From Escherichia phage vB_EcoM_IME537, in sequence record NC_054921.1: a stretch of 64,000 nucleotides of DNA; one strand, written 5' to 3'. A program made the translations under genes and the position numbers. Under the pieces are notes generated by a model. The model did no database searches, was not told the origin of the DNA, and saw only the letters and a program-made list of their open reading frames with translations. Of this stretch, positions 50,222 to 58,983 are shown piece by piece (position 1 is the first letter of the stretch; each line of letters opens with the position of its first letter).

Positions 50222-50485
50222 TTATTTCATATTATTGAAATATTCTTCTGCGATTTCGTCGTTATCATGGTAAACTTTAGAAGACAGTTTAACATAACCT
50301 TCAGCAGTGAACATGTTAATCACAACCTTTACAGTATACCACTGACCGTCTTCATTACCCATTACTGCATAAGTTTCAAACATCGGATGGTCAGGACCGA
50401 TAACTTTAATATCATTCACTGTACGACCGAAATCTTCTGAAACACATTTCATAAAGAAGTTGAACAGTTCGCCGTAATTATCCAT
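50222..50485 (-). CDS. hypothetical small acidic protein
   Basis: Start at MDNYGELF; the longer track ORF (to 50680) reads through the upstream promoter cassette. Confidence 0.4.
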   Translation of the reverse strand: MDNYGELFNFFMKCVSEDFGRTVNDIKVIGPDHPMFETYAVMGNEDGQWYTVKVVINMFTAEGYVKLSSKVYHDNDEIAEEYFNNMK

Positions 50486-50524
50486 TTCATTCTCCAAGTT
50501 GTTTTCTGTATCAGTAGTTGATAG

Positions 50525-50558
50525 TTGTATAGTACCATGGAAGAACAGAGATGTAAAC
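50525..50558 (-). promoter_or_regulatory. T4-type early promoter cassette (family A; near-duplicate of 6798-6831)
   Basis: Minus strand GTTTACatctctgttcttccatggTACTAT. Confidence 0.55.
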
Positions 50559-50699
50559 AGTTTTGTGAAAAAAAAAAATTTTAAAAAGTTTTGGGGAATT
50601 CTAGGGCAGGGAGGGGCAATTAAAAGATAGGATAATATATTATAAAGGGTATAAACTAAATGATGCCTAGAGAGGTCCAAAAAGGCCTAGATACCAAAA

Positions 50700-50726
50700 A
50701 GCCCCAACCTTTCGGCTGGGGCTAAG
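50700..50726 (-). terminator. rho-independent terminator
   Basis: gccccaacctttcggctggggc hairpin followed by TTTTT on the minus strand. Confidence 0.6.
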
Positions 50727-50730
50727 AATG

Positions 50731-51204
50731 TTATTTAATTTGTTTAGCAGACCAAATGCGGTCTTTGATAATTTTTTGGATGTCTTCAACATACTCAAGA
50801 GAGTGAGCATGCGGGTTATCTTTGAAACTATAAGCACGAGCTAACTTTTGGCCTTCAGTTTTGATTACTAAAAGCTCTTTAAGGATAGCTTCATATTTAG
50901 AAATAATTCCTTTAACAATATTTTTTTCTTGTGCAGCTTTAGGATCTGCTTTAGGAGCAGGTTTACCCGAAGCCTTTGCAAAAGCAGCGCCAGTAGCAAC
51001 TAAACTTTTCCAGGCCATACTAACTGCATTTCCCGTAAATCCTTCTGCTTTCATGTCGCGAGCAAACTGGAATCGTGATTCGTCAGAAGCATCTTTATAG
51101 GAATATTTACCCGCTGCAATGGCTGCTTTTGCGACAGCTTGAATTTCGGTGCTAGATGCTTCATTTAACACCGCTTCATTTAAAAATTGAGCATATGATT
51201 TCAT
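50731..51204 (-). CDS. hypothetical protein with variant capsid-targeting-like leader
   Basis: 157 aa; N-terminus MKSYAQFLNEA resembles the MKTYQEFIAEA internal-protein leader; Ala/Lys-rich. Confidence 0.4.
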   Translation of the reverse strand: MKSYAQFLNEAVLNEASSTEIQAVAKAAIAAGKYSYKDASDESRFQFARDMKAEGFTGNAVSMAWKSLVATGAAFAKASGKPAPKADPKAAQEKNIVKGIISKYEAILKELLVIKTEGQKLARAYSFKDNPHAHSLEYVEDIQKIIKDRIWSAKQIK

Positions 51205-51253
51205 CTTATTTCCTGTTCTAATTCGTGGATTTAATATATTATATTTATACTAA

Positions 51254-51280
51254 AAAGCCCCAACCTTTCGGTCGGGGCTA
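51254..51280 (-). terminator. rho-independent terminator (near-duplicate of 50700-50726)
   Basis: gccccaacctttcggtcggggc hairpin followed by TTTTT on the minus strand. Confidence 0.6.
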
Positions 51281-51284
51281 AGCC

Positions 51285-51586
51285 TTGCGGCAACCTTGTA
51301 GGGGTTCCACCTGCTAAGGCAAGTGTTTGTACGAAACGCCGGGATTCGAACCCGGTTATTAAGTAGTTGACGCTACTCAATATTTTTAAAAGGCCATATC
51401 TCGACCATATCCGAACGTTCCGTCAAAAACGCTACTCGGCTTACGGCAAAGATATTTCCTCGAATCGATAATTCGGTGCGCCGTTTCTGCTGTGATAGTA
51501 AAGAGCCAGAACACAGTAAAACTGTGGGAGGAAACTATACTCCAGGGAACATCAGTCCGACGACTTACCGGTAGCGACCCGGTTTC
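51285..51586 (-). ncRNA. stable small RNA region (T4 species 1/2, rnaC/rnaD-like) distal to tRNA-Arg
   Basis: About 300 nt without ORF, GC-richer, containing a tRNA-like T-arm (ccgggttcgaatcccgg on the minus strand); position matches the T4 rnaC/rnaD locus. Internal boundaries not resolved. Confidence 0.45.
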
Positions 51587-51937
51587 TTAATATTCTTTTA
51601 AAGAATCAATATATTCACGGCGTTTACGCCACAAATCAATTGCTTCATACGCGGATTCAGCATTTCGAATTAGCCGGCATTTATGTAAAGACTTATGATT
51701 TTGATATTGTGTAGATAACGGAATTGTATCTAAAAGGTCTTTACGATCAAAATATTCGTAACCATCTAAACCAAATGAACGATTTTTGAGAAATTGCCAA
51801 TGACCATATTCGTTTTCGACATAAACATAATCTGCATGCTGATAAAGCAAATTAATTACACGTTCAGAAATAACAGTATCATTATGATTAAAATAGAATG
51901 TTAAATCATGAACTACTAAATAAACATTACCTTTCAT
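51587..51937 (-). CDS. hypothetical protein
   Basis: 116 aa ORF between tRNA-Arg and the small-RNA region. Confidence 0.4.
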   Translation of the reverse strand: MKGNVYLVVHDLTFYFNHNDTVISERVINLLYQHADYVYVENEYGHWQFLKNRSFGLDGYEYFDRKDLLDTIPLSTQYQNHKSLHKCRLIRNAESAYEAIDLWRKRREYIDSLKEY

Positions 51938-51955
51938 ATTTTCCTCACTTATAAT

Positions 51956-52031
51956 TGGTCGAGGCAGTAGGGATCGAACCTACGACCTAGGACTTAGAAG
52001 GTCCTTGCTCTTCCTTCTGAGCTATGCCCCG
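51956..52031 (-). tRNA. tRNA-Arg (anticodon UCU)
   Basis: Cloverleaf by hand: acceptor CGGGGCA/TGCCTCG, anticodon loop CTTCTAA, T-arm GGTTCGATCC. Confidence 0.8.
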
Positions 52032-52034
52032 TAA

Positions 52035-52700
52035 TTAAAATTTCATTTTTCGACCTTTAAACCATCCTTCTGGAATTGGGTCAGTTTTCTTAATACGTTT
52101 AGAAACTTTTTCATCTAATGAATGAATCCACATCATACCAAATTGGGAATTCTTTTCTCCTTTCTGGTGATTATTTTTAGCGTGAATTTCTTTCATTTTA
52201 TTAATAGTTTCAGGAGTATGATGCTTATTTAAAAATCTGCTATTATTTAAAAATTTTTCCTTGTATTCAGGAGTTGACCACAAACGTTTAAATACATTTG
52301 AACCAATTTTACGATATTTTTCTTGAAGTAAAATATCATTTTCAAAACGTGATTTAAACGATTTAGCTCCTTTTAAGCTAGCATCTTTCTTCTGGTTTAG
52401 CATCCCAGGAATATTTATATGGTCCCATCCACCTTCACCGCCAAGTTTTAAATTATACACATCTGGTCTATTTAAAAACTCTTCTGTGACAATATTTTTC
52501 TCGGCTTCAAGCATAGATTCTTTATCATCAAAATACTCTAATATTTCTTTAGAGAAATTTTCTATACCATACTTGTCTTGGGCTCTTTTTAATAATTTAC
52601 CAGAACCCATATATCCATCATCTAAATTTTCGGTAGAATGCACACCAATATAAATTTTATTATTAATTTTATTTGTTATTTTATAAGTGTAATGGAACAT
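52035..52700 (-). CDS. segB: SegB GIY-YIG homing endonuclease within the tRNA cluster
   Basis: 221 aa; GIY-YIG module (YTYKITNKINNKIYIGVH...GYMGSG); located between tRNA-Arg and tRNA-Ile as in T4. Confidence 0.8.
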   Translation of the reverse strand: MFHYTYKITNKINNKIYIGVHSTENLDDGYMGSGKLLKRAQDKYGIENFSKEILEYFDDKESMLEAEKNIVTEEFLNRPDVYNLKLGGEGGWDHINIPGMLNQKKDASLKGAKSFKSRFENDILLQEKYRKIGSNVFKRLWSTPEYKEKFLNNSRFLNKHHTPETINKMKEIHAKNNHQKGEKNSQFGMMWIHSLDEKVSKRIKKTDPIPEGWFKGRKMKF

Positions 52701-52741
52701 AAATATCTCCTATTTCTAAGAGTATTTATGTTCCCAAAATA

Positions 52742-52813
52742 TGGCCCTGGGTGGAATTGAACCACCATCTGGCGATTATGAGTCGCTTGCTTGAACCTTC
52801 CAGCTACAGGGCC
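52742..52813 (-). tRNA. tRNA-Ile (anticodon CAU)
   Basis: Acceptor GGCCCTG/CAGGGCC; anticodon loop CTCATAA. Confidence 0.8.
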
Positions 52814-52819
52814 TTGATA

Positions 52820-52892
52820 TGCTGATTGACGGAATCGAACCGCCGACATCCTCATTACAAGTGAGGTGCTCTACCTACTGAGCTAAATCAGC
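52820..52892 (-). tRNA. tRNA-Thr (anticodon UGU)
   Basis: Acceptor GCTGATT/AATCAGC; anticodon loop CTTGTAA. Confidence 0.8.
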
Positions 52893-52899
52893 GAAATTA

Positions 52900-52986
52900 C
52901 GGAGGCGATAGGATTTGAACCTATGAGTCGCCGGAGCGACTGCCGGTTTTCAAGACCGGTGCATTAAACCACTCTGCCACGCCTCC
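52900..52986 (-). tRNA. tRNA-Ser (anticodon UGA), long variable arm
   Basis: Acceptor GGAGGCG/CGCCTCC; anticodon loop CTTGAAA; 87 nt. Confidence 0.8.
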
Positions 52987-52988
52987 AG

Positions 52989-53062
52989 TCTCCGCGGCAG
53001 GATTTGAACCTGCGACATTCTGCTCCCAAAGCAGACGCTCTACCAAACTGAGCTACACGGAG
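52989..53062 (-). tRNA. tRNA-Pro (anticodon UGG)
   Basis: Acceptor CTCCGTG/CGCGGAG; anticodon loop TTTGGGA. Confidence 0.8.
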
Positions 53063-53074
53063 TAAATTAAATTT

Positions 53075-53146
<72 letters not shown>

Positions 53147-53151
53147 AAATT

Positions 53152-53238
53152 TGGTGCGAGAAGTGGGACTCGAACCCACAAGGAAATCATTCCGCAGCAT
53201 TTTAAGTGCTGTGCCTTTACCAATTTGGCCATTCTCGC
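53152..53238 (-). tRNA. tRNA-Leu (anticodon UAA), long variable arm
   Basis: Acceptor GCGAGAA/TTCTCGC; anticodon loop CTTAAAA; 87 nt. Confidence 0.8.
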
Positions 53239-53239
53239 G

Positions 53240-53312
53240 CTGGGAATAAAGGACTCGAACCTTTGCATCCTGGAATCAAAATCCAGTGCCTTACCAACTT
53301 GGCTAATTCCCA
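53240..53312 (-). tRNA. tRNA-Gln (anticodon UUG)
   Basis: Acceptor TGGGAAT/ATTCCCA; anticodon loop TTTTGAT. Confidence 0.8.
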
Positions 53313-53409
53313 ATTATTAACAAAGGCTCTTAAGCAAGAACCCTTGATGATAGAGGGTATTAATCAGTGCGATATGAGTTAATAATAACAAATAATTCTT
53401 AAAGCATAT

Positions 53410-53697
53410 TTACCATTTATAATAATACATATTTACGATGCATTCAAGACCCAAAGGATTCTTGAAAATATCATATTCAAGAGGACCTTTTTCTGTTTCA
53501 ATAAAGAAATCAAAATTTACTGTATTAAATTTACGTTCTTCCTTCACTAATTTAACTTGAGAAGATGAACGGTCAATGTAAACCTTTTCAACTTCAAAAC
53601 ATGTTAAAATGCCATAATCATCAATCAAAGCTTTAGCCGCGTCTTGATCATATTTATATCCATTTTCAATGGATGATACTTTCGCATAAAGAATCAT
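53410..53697 (-). CDS. hypothetical protein
   Basis: 95 aa ORF. Confidence 0.4.
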   Translation of the reverse strand: MILYAKVSSIENGYKYDQDAAKALIDDYGILTCFEVEKVYIDRSSSQVKLVKEERKFNTVNFDFFIETEKGPLEYDIFKNPLGLECIVNMYYYKW

Positions 53698-53699
53698 TA

Positions 53700-54083
53700 T
53701 CAGCCTTCATCAACAATAGTGTGAGTATGGGCATTTACGATTTGCCACCAGTCAAAACTATCGCCAAATCGTTTTGATTTATTGTCTTCAATAATTTGGC
53801 GTAATTCATCTTCTGTTTCAGCATACGCAATCAAATCATCATATCCACCACGAGGATAATAATTATCACCTGCAAAAAGTAAAAAGTTTGGTTTAATGTT
53901 ATTGAACTCTTCAAGAGTAATAACTTTTCCTGACGGTTGAACAATCTCTACATATTTATATCCCAATTTTTGAGCAGCATCTACTGCTTCAAGCAGGGTA
54001 TCATGAGCCCATCCAATTTGGCAATCTGGCTTTTCAGATGGATTAGCCTGATAATCCGCGTACACTTTATACATTCTATTCAC
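53700..54083 (-). CDS. hypothetical protein
   Basis: 127 aa ORF. Confidence 0.4.
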   Translation of the reverse strand: MNRMYKVYADYQANPSEKPDCQIGWAHDTLLEAVDAAQKLGYKYVEIVQPSGKVITLEEFNNIKPNFLLFAGDNYYPRGGYDDLIAYAETEDELRQIIEDNKSKRFGDSFDWWQIVNAHTHTIVDEG

Positions 54084-54261
54084 CTTTAGAAATTTTATCC
54101 ATAACGATAGCGATTAAACCAATTAAAAATGCTACTACAAGTGAAAAAACATTTTCTGCTGTAGTCAATAATCCGCATATAAATCCAACAAACATTGAAA
54201 AACTAAAAGCGGAAACAGAAATTGCAATAGCAACATTTCGAATTAATTCACAACGTTTCAT
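54076..54261 (-). CDS. small membrane protein
   Basis: 61 aa, two hydrophobic segments; GAGGAG RBS and early promoter upstream. Confidence 0.45.
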   Translation of the reverse strand: MKRCELIRNVAIAISVSAFSFSMFVGFICGLLTTAENVFSLVVAFLIGLIAIVMDKISKGE

Positions 54262-54286
54262 TTTATTCTCCTCAGTAGTTGATAGG

Positions 54287-54320
54287 GTAATAGTATCACT
54301 ACCCTATCTAAAAGTAAACT
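54287..54320 (-). promoter_or_regulatory. T4-type early promoter cassette (family B)
   Basis: Minus strand GTTTACttttagatagggtagtgaTACTAT. Confidence 0.5.
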
Positions 54321-54553
54321 TATTTTTTACGAAAAATTGATTTATTTTCTGCTGCCCATTTTTCAATAACTGCAGCAGGACCAGTAACAACAATTTTATC
54401 ACCGTAATCTTCTGCGGCGAGTTGACCGAAATTATCTAATGCATCACGAAGAACTCCATGAGGCATTTCACCCATTTTATCTTTCTTACCAGTGTAAATA
54501 AACTCAACTTTTACATCAGCCGCTTCATTGATAAATTCTTTGAAAGTTTTCAT
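54320..54553 (-). CDS. internal protein (ipI-locus, capsid-targeting leader MKTFKEFINEA)
   Basis: About 77 aa from MKTFKEFINEAADVK; the track start (54619) reads through the promoter cassette. Confidence 0.5.
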   Translation of the reverse strand: MKTFKEFINEAADVKVEFIYTGKKDKMGEMPHGVLRDALDNFGQLAAEDYGDKIVVTGPAAVIEKWAAENKSIFRKK

Positions 54554-54584
54554 TTTGATTTCCATTTGGTTTTGTTTTGATAGG

Positions 54585-54618
54585 GTAATAGTATCACAAC
54601 TAAAACTCCATGTAAACA
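54585..54618 (-). promoter_or_regulatory. T4-type early promoter cassette (family B)
   Basis: Minus strand GTTTACatggagttttagttgtgaTACTAT. Confidence 0.5.
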
Positions 54619-54629
54619 ACTTTATGAAA

Positions 54630-54887
54630 TTATTTCAAATCTTCTAATCGTTTCTTCATCTTAGAACCATTTTTAGCAATTTCTCCTGCATCGGAGCATA
54701 ATGCTAAAAGTGCTTTAACTTTAGTTTGGTCTCCTTTAAAAGATGAAGGATCGACTGCAGCAGCAAGTTCTTTAATACGAGAGAAAAGACGCTCAGCTTC
54801 AGCTAAAGCCATTCCAAGCTTTACTTCCATACCGTGAGAAGATTCAGTGATAGTAGTTTTTGTAGCAAACTCTTTGAAAGTTTTCAT
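54630..54887 (-). CDS. internal protein (ipI-locus, capsid-targeting leader MKTFKEFATK)
   Basis: 85 aa; N-terminal MKTFKEFA leader. Confidence 0.5.
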   Translation of the reverse strand: MKTFKEFATKTTITESSHGMEVKLGMALAEAERLFSRIKELAAAVDPSSFKGDQTKVKALLALCSDAGEIAKNGSKMKKRLEDLK

Positions 54888-54913
54888 TTTATTTTCCTAA
54901 TTAATTTTGATGA

Positions 54914-54948
54914 GGTAATAATATCACTACCTCATCAGTATGTAAACA
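54914..54948 (-). promoter_or_regulatory. T4-type early promoter cassette (family B variant)
   Basis: Minus strand GTTTACatactgatgaggtagtgaTATTAT. Confidence 0.45.
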
Positions 54949-54959
54949 ACTTTGTGAAA

Positions 54960-55656
<697 letters not shown>

Positions 55657-55657
<1 letters not shown>

Positions 55658-56382
55658 TATAGTACCTTTAGTGTATTTTTAATTTTAGAAAAAAGTTCTT
55701 CAAGAGAACCATCGTTTGTAATTACTAAATCACCATCACGAATTGGCAATCCAGCTTCTGTAATATGTGTATCATTGGATTTTTGACCAGGACGAACTAC
55801 ATGAATTACTGTAGCACCCATCGCCCTAGCCGCATCCATTTCATGATCTTGACGAGTATCAGGAACGATATAATAATCATAACCTGAGTTAAATTTATCA
55901 AGATAATCTAAAGCAAATAATTTTACCCAATACATGCGGTCGAAGTTATTAACAATCAAATCCGTACCTAGGGCTTGCATCAGACGACGGACTGACCATT
56001 GATCTTCAATATTATTTATAACGTCAATAATCTTGTTACATGCTACGGAATCAACTGATTCTTGTCCTTCGTCCTCAAAAACACACACCCCCTTAATTGG
56101 GCTTTTACCGTTAAGATAGCAAAATGCTTGTTCCATAATCGTGATTACTTCTGATTTAGTCAGATTTAAATTAGTCTCACGATCATAGTCAATTCCTTCA
56201 AACTCTTTACGAGTTAAGCAAGGATAGTCAGTGTTTTCTGCAAATACACCCCATGCATAAGCCAATGCATCTTTAATAGGACCAGCAAGTTGATATTTAA
56301 CTGCAGAATAATTATTCATGATAAAATCTGCAGTAGTATCTTTTCCACTACGCTTTACACCACTTAAAAAGATTAGTTTCAT
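55657..56382 (-). CDS. 1: dNMP kinase gp1
   Basis: 241 aa; P-loop GVKRSGKDT; near-identical to T4 gp1 from memory. Confidence 0.9.
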
Positions 56383-56431
56383 ATGTTTCTCCTCAAATTT
56401 AGTTAAGATTATAACACATGAAACTGAAGCA

Positions 56432-56962
56432 TTAAACTTCTGCTATAATTTTGCCATCTTTTTCTACTTGAAAATACGTATAAGGAATCGTTGCTGTACA
56501 TACTAAAGCTGGGTCTGAATCTTCAGTGTAGCTAAATTCTACTTCAGACAGGTCAGAAACCCAAGGCTTATAAAAATTTATTGACATCACGATTTCAGTT
56601 TTACTATTATCTAAAATGTAAAGCGTAATGTATTCAGGACCTGTTTTTTGGGCAGTATTTTCACCTGTAAGATAGTTGCTAGTTCCTAGCATCCATTCAT
56701 ACATTCCTATCCACGACTTAAGCTCTTCATCAACTATAAATCTCACAATGAGTGGGTCGTACTCAAATGTAACACCTGGACGTTGTGCTCGGCCCAGTCC
56801 AAACGGCCCAGTCACGGTATCAGTAACAGGTATTCTAATTCCTGGAATAGGAACTGATTGAGCATTTAAAGTAAAAGCAGATGTAGTATTACTATGTGGT
56901 ATTGATACTACAAAGTTAGTTGTATTTGCTTGGTTAAAAATTTGTTGTAGTGCTTGCGACAT
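56432..56962 (-). CDS. 3: tail sheath stabiliser / tail completion gp3
   Basis: Start at MSQALQQIF with GAGGAA RBS (176 aa); the track start (57043) is an upstream extension. Confidence 0.75.
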   Translation of the reverse strand: MSQALQQIFNQANTTNFVVSIPHSNTTSAFTLNAQSVPIPGIRIPVTDTVTGPFGLGRAQRPGVTFEYDPLIVRFIVDEELKSWIGMYEWMLGTSNYLTGENTAQKTGPEYITLYILDNSKTEIVMSINFYKPWVSDLSEVEFSYTEDSDPALVCTATIPYTYFQVEKDGKIIAEV

Positions 56963-57068
56963 ATATTCCTCATAATGCTTTATAAATGTTGGTGGTATAA
57001 TGGGTCTAAGTCCCTTCCATTCAATTCCAATTAGAACAAACAATAGAAAAGAATGGAAGATAATAGAA

Positions 57069-57893
57069 TTAGATATTTGACCAGACTTTGTTTGCAGAGA
57101 AACGTTTTCCTTTTGAAACGAACTGCTGAAGTGGCATCAACACAACGTTCGCCCAGTCTTTCGGGGCGATTTCAACAAGGCTACCCATGATATTACCAGG
57201 TATATATGCCTTAATCATTTGGTCTGCACCCCTAAATCCTTTCACTTGACTCCAATCAATTTTTAATTTCGTTTTATTAGTAATAGTAGGTGTATTTGAA
57301 TATTGCTTTAAAAGCTCTTCTAGAAACTGTTGACGAGCTTTAGGTGGAATATAGTGCAAGTTCAATCCATACATTAAATTATGTTTACCTAAACCGAGGT
57401 AAATTATCAAAGGAAATTTATCCCAATAAGGAAGAGTTTCTTTGTGTTTAGCATCGTAAGCAAAAGCATATATTCGTCCCGGCTGCGGGCGAACAACTTT
57501 ATGTCCTTTTACCTGCTTAATAGTTTCAGCAAACCACTTTCTGGTTTTATTATTAATTGCTGCGCCTTCATTACGAATTTTATCACGCAATGTTTGTCTG
57601 AATGAATTTATCATAAGCAGTTGTCTTTCTTGCTTATTGAGTTTATTCATTGGTTTTGATTCAAGCTTTTGAATCTTTTCGGCTGTTTTAATTCCTGAAG
57701 CATATTTTGACATTGCCGAAGTAAACGTAGAGTATTTGATTCCTCTTTCTTCAGCAAATTGCTTTCCTGTCATTCCTTTTGCTTTGGCCTTTTTGTATTC
57801 AAGACCTATCTGAATCCATTTCTTTTCGTTTAATGATTGCTTAACCTTTGGAACTTGGGGAGTGCTTTCATTAATTATTTGAAAAATAGCCAT
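57069..57893 (-). CDS. 2: DNA end-protection protein gp2
   Basis: 274 aa, same length as T4 gp2; basic protein. Confidence 0.85.
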   Translation of the reverse strand: MAIFQIINESTPQVPKVKQSLNEKKWIQIGLEYKKAKAKGMTGKQFAEERGIKYSTFTSAMSKYASGIKTAEKIQKLESKPMNKLNKQERQLLMINSFRQTLRDKIRNEGAAINNKTRKWFAETIKQVKGHKVVRPQPGRIYAFAYDAKHKETLPYWDKFPLIIYLGLGKHNLMYGLNLHYIPPKARQQFLEELLKQYSNTPTITNKTKLKIDWSQVKGFRGADQMIKAYIPGNIMGSLVEIAPKDWANVVLMPLQQFVSKGKRFSANKVWSNI

Positions 57894-58345
57894 TATGCCC
57901 CCTTAAAGCCAAGAGCTCGTAATCCATCTTCTGTTAGAATTCTAAATTTTATTCCACGCTTTTCAGCTAACGATTGTGCTGCTTTCCATTTGTCAGTATT
58001 AACTGAATATGTATAAATTTCATTCATAAATCTTTTCTTCGCTGCGGTTGTTAGATGTGCTGGTTTAACTGGTGGTTGTGTTTCTTTTTTAGGCTTTATT
58101 TCAATAAAAAATTCTTGTCCAGAAGAATCTTTCATCCAAATATCCATGAAGTATCTACGTTTTTTCCCTTCTGCATTACAAAAATAAGGAATTACTGCTG
58201 TTTCACTGCCCCATGCAATAATTTCTGGATTTTTATCTAACCATTCAAAAAAGAATTTTTCCCAATTTGATCTATACGTAATTTTTTTAGGGTCACCTCT
58301 ATATTTTGATATATTTTTAGGAACCCATTTTCCAGAATATGCCAT
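57893..58345 (-). CDS. 4: head completion protein gp4
   Basis: 150 aa, same length and position as T4 gp4. Confidence 0.85.
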   Translation of the reverse strand: MAYSGKWVPKNISKYRGDPKKITYRSNWEKFFFEWLDKNPEIIAWGSETAVIPYFCNAEGKKRRYFMDIWMKDSSGQEFFIEIKPKKETQPPVKPAHLTTAAKKRFMNEIYTYSVNTDKWKAAQSLAEKRGIKFRILTEDGLRALGFKGA

Positions 58346-58352
58346 TGGATTC

Positions 58353-58379
58353 TCCTTATAAATAGATAATATATTTATA
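58353..58379. promoter_or_regulatory. divergent late promoters (TATAAATA) for gene 53 (plus) and gene 4 (minus)
   Basis: Plus strand TATAAATA at about 58353-58360; a second TATAAATA on the minus strand at about 58371-58378. Confidence 0.55.
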
Positions 58380-58392
58380 AACAGGAGGGCCC

Positions 58393-58983
58393 ATGCTCTT
58401 TACATTTTTTGATCCGATTGAATATGCGGCCAAAACGGTGAATAAAAACGCGCCGACTATTCCTATGACAGATATTTTTAGAAACTATAAAGACTATTTC
58501 AAACGCGCTCTTGCGGGATACCGCTTACGTACTTATTATATTAAAGGTTCACCACGCCCGGAAGAATTAGCAAATGCTATATATGGAAATCCACAGTTGT
58601 ATTGGGTTTTATTGATGTGTAATGATAATTATGATCCGTATTATGGATGGATTACTTCACAGGAAGCTGCTTATCAAGCATCTATACAAAAATACAAAAA
58701 TGTAGGTGGAGACCAAATAGTATATCATGTGAATGAGAATGGTGAAAAATTTTATAATTTAATATCATACGATGATAATCCATATGTTTGGTATGATAAA
58801 GGCGATAAAGCTAGAAAATATCCTCAATATGAAGGAGCACTTGCTGCGGTCGATACGTATGAAGCTGCTGTTCTTGAAAATGAAAAACTTCGTCAAATAA
58901 AAATAATAGCAAAATCAGACATCAATTCATTTATGAACGACCTTATACGTATAATGGAGAAATCTTATGGAAATGATAAGTAA
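58393..58983 (+). CDS. 53: baseplate wedge protein gp53
   Basis: 196 aa, same size and position as T4 gp53. Confidence 0.85.
   Translation: MLFTFFDPIEYAAKTVNKNAPTIPMTDIFRNYKDYFKRALAGYRLRTYYIKGSPRPEELANAIYGNPQLYWVLLMCNDNYDPYYGWITSQEAAYQASIQKYKNVGGDQIVYHVNENGEKFYNLISYDDNPYVWYDKGDKARKYPQYEGALAAVDTYEAAVLENEKLRQIKIIAKSDINSFMNDLIRIMEKSYGNDK

Noticed and set aside
56951-57000. Late promoter TATAAATA upstream of gene 3
   Set aside because: TATAAAT occurs on the plus strand only; the minus-strand reading is TTTATAAA, not the late consensus, so no late promoter is called here.
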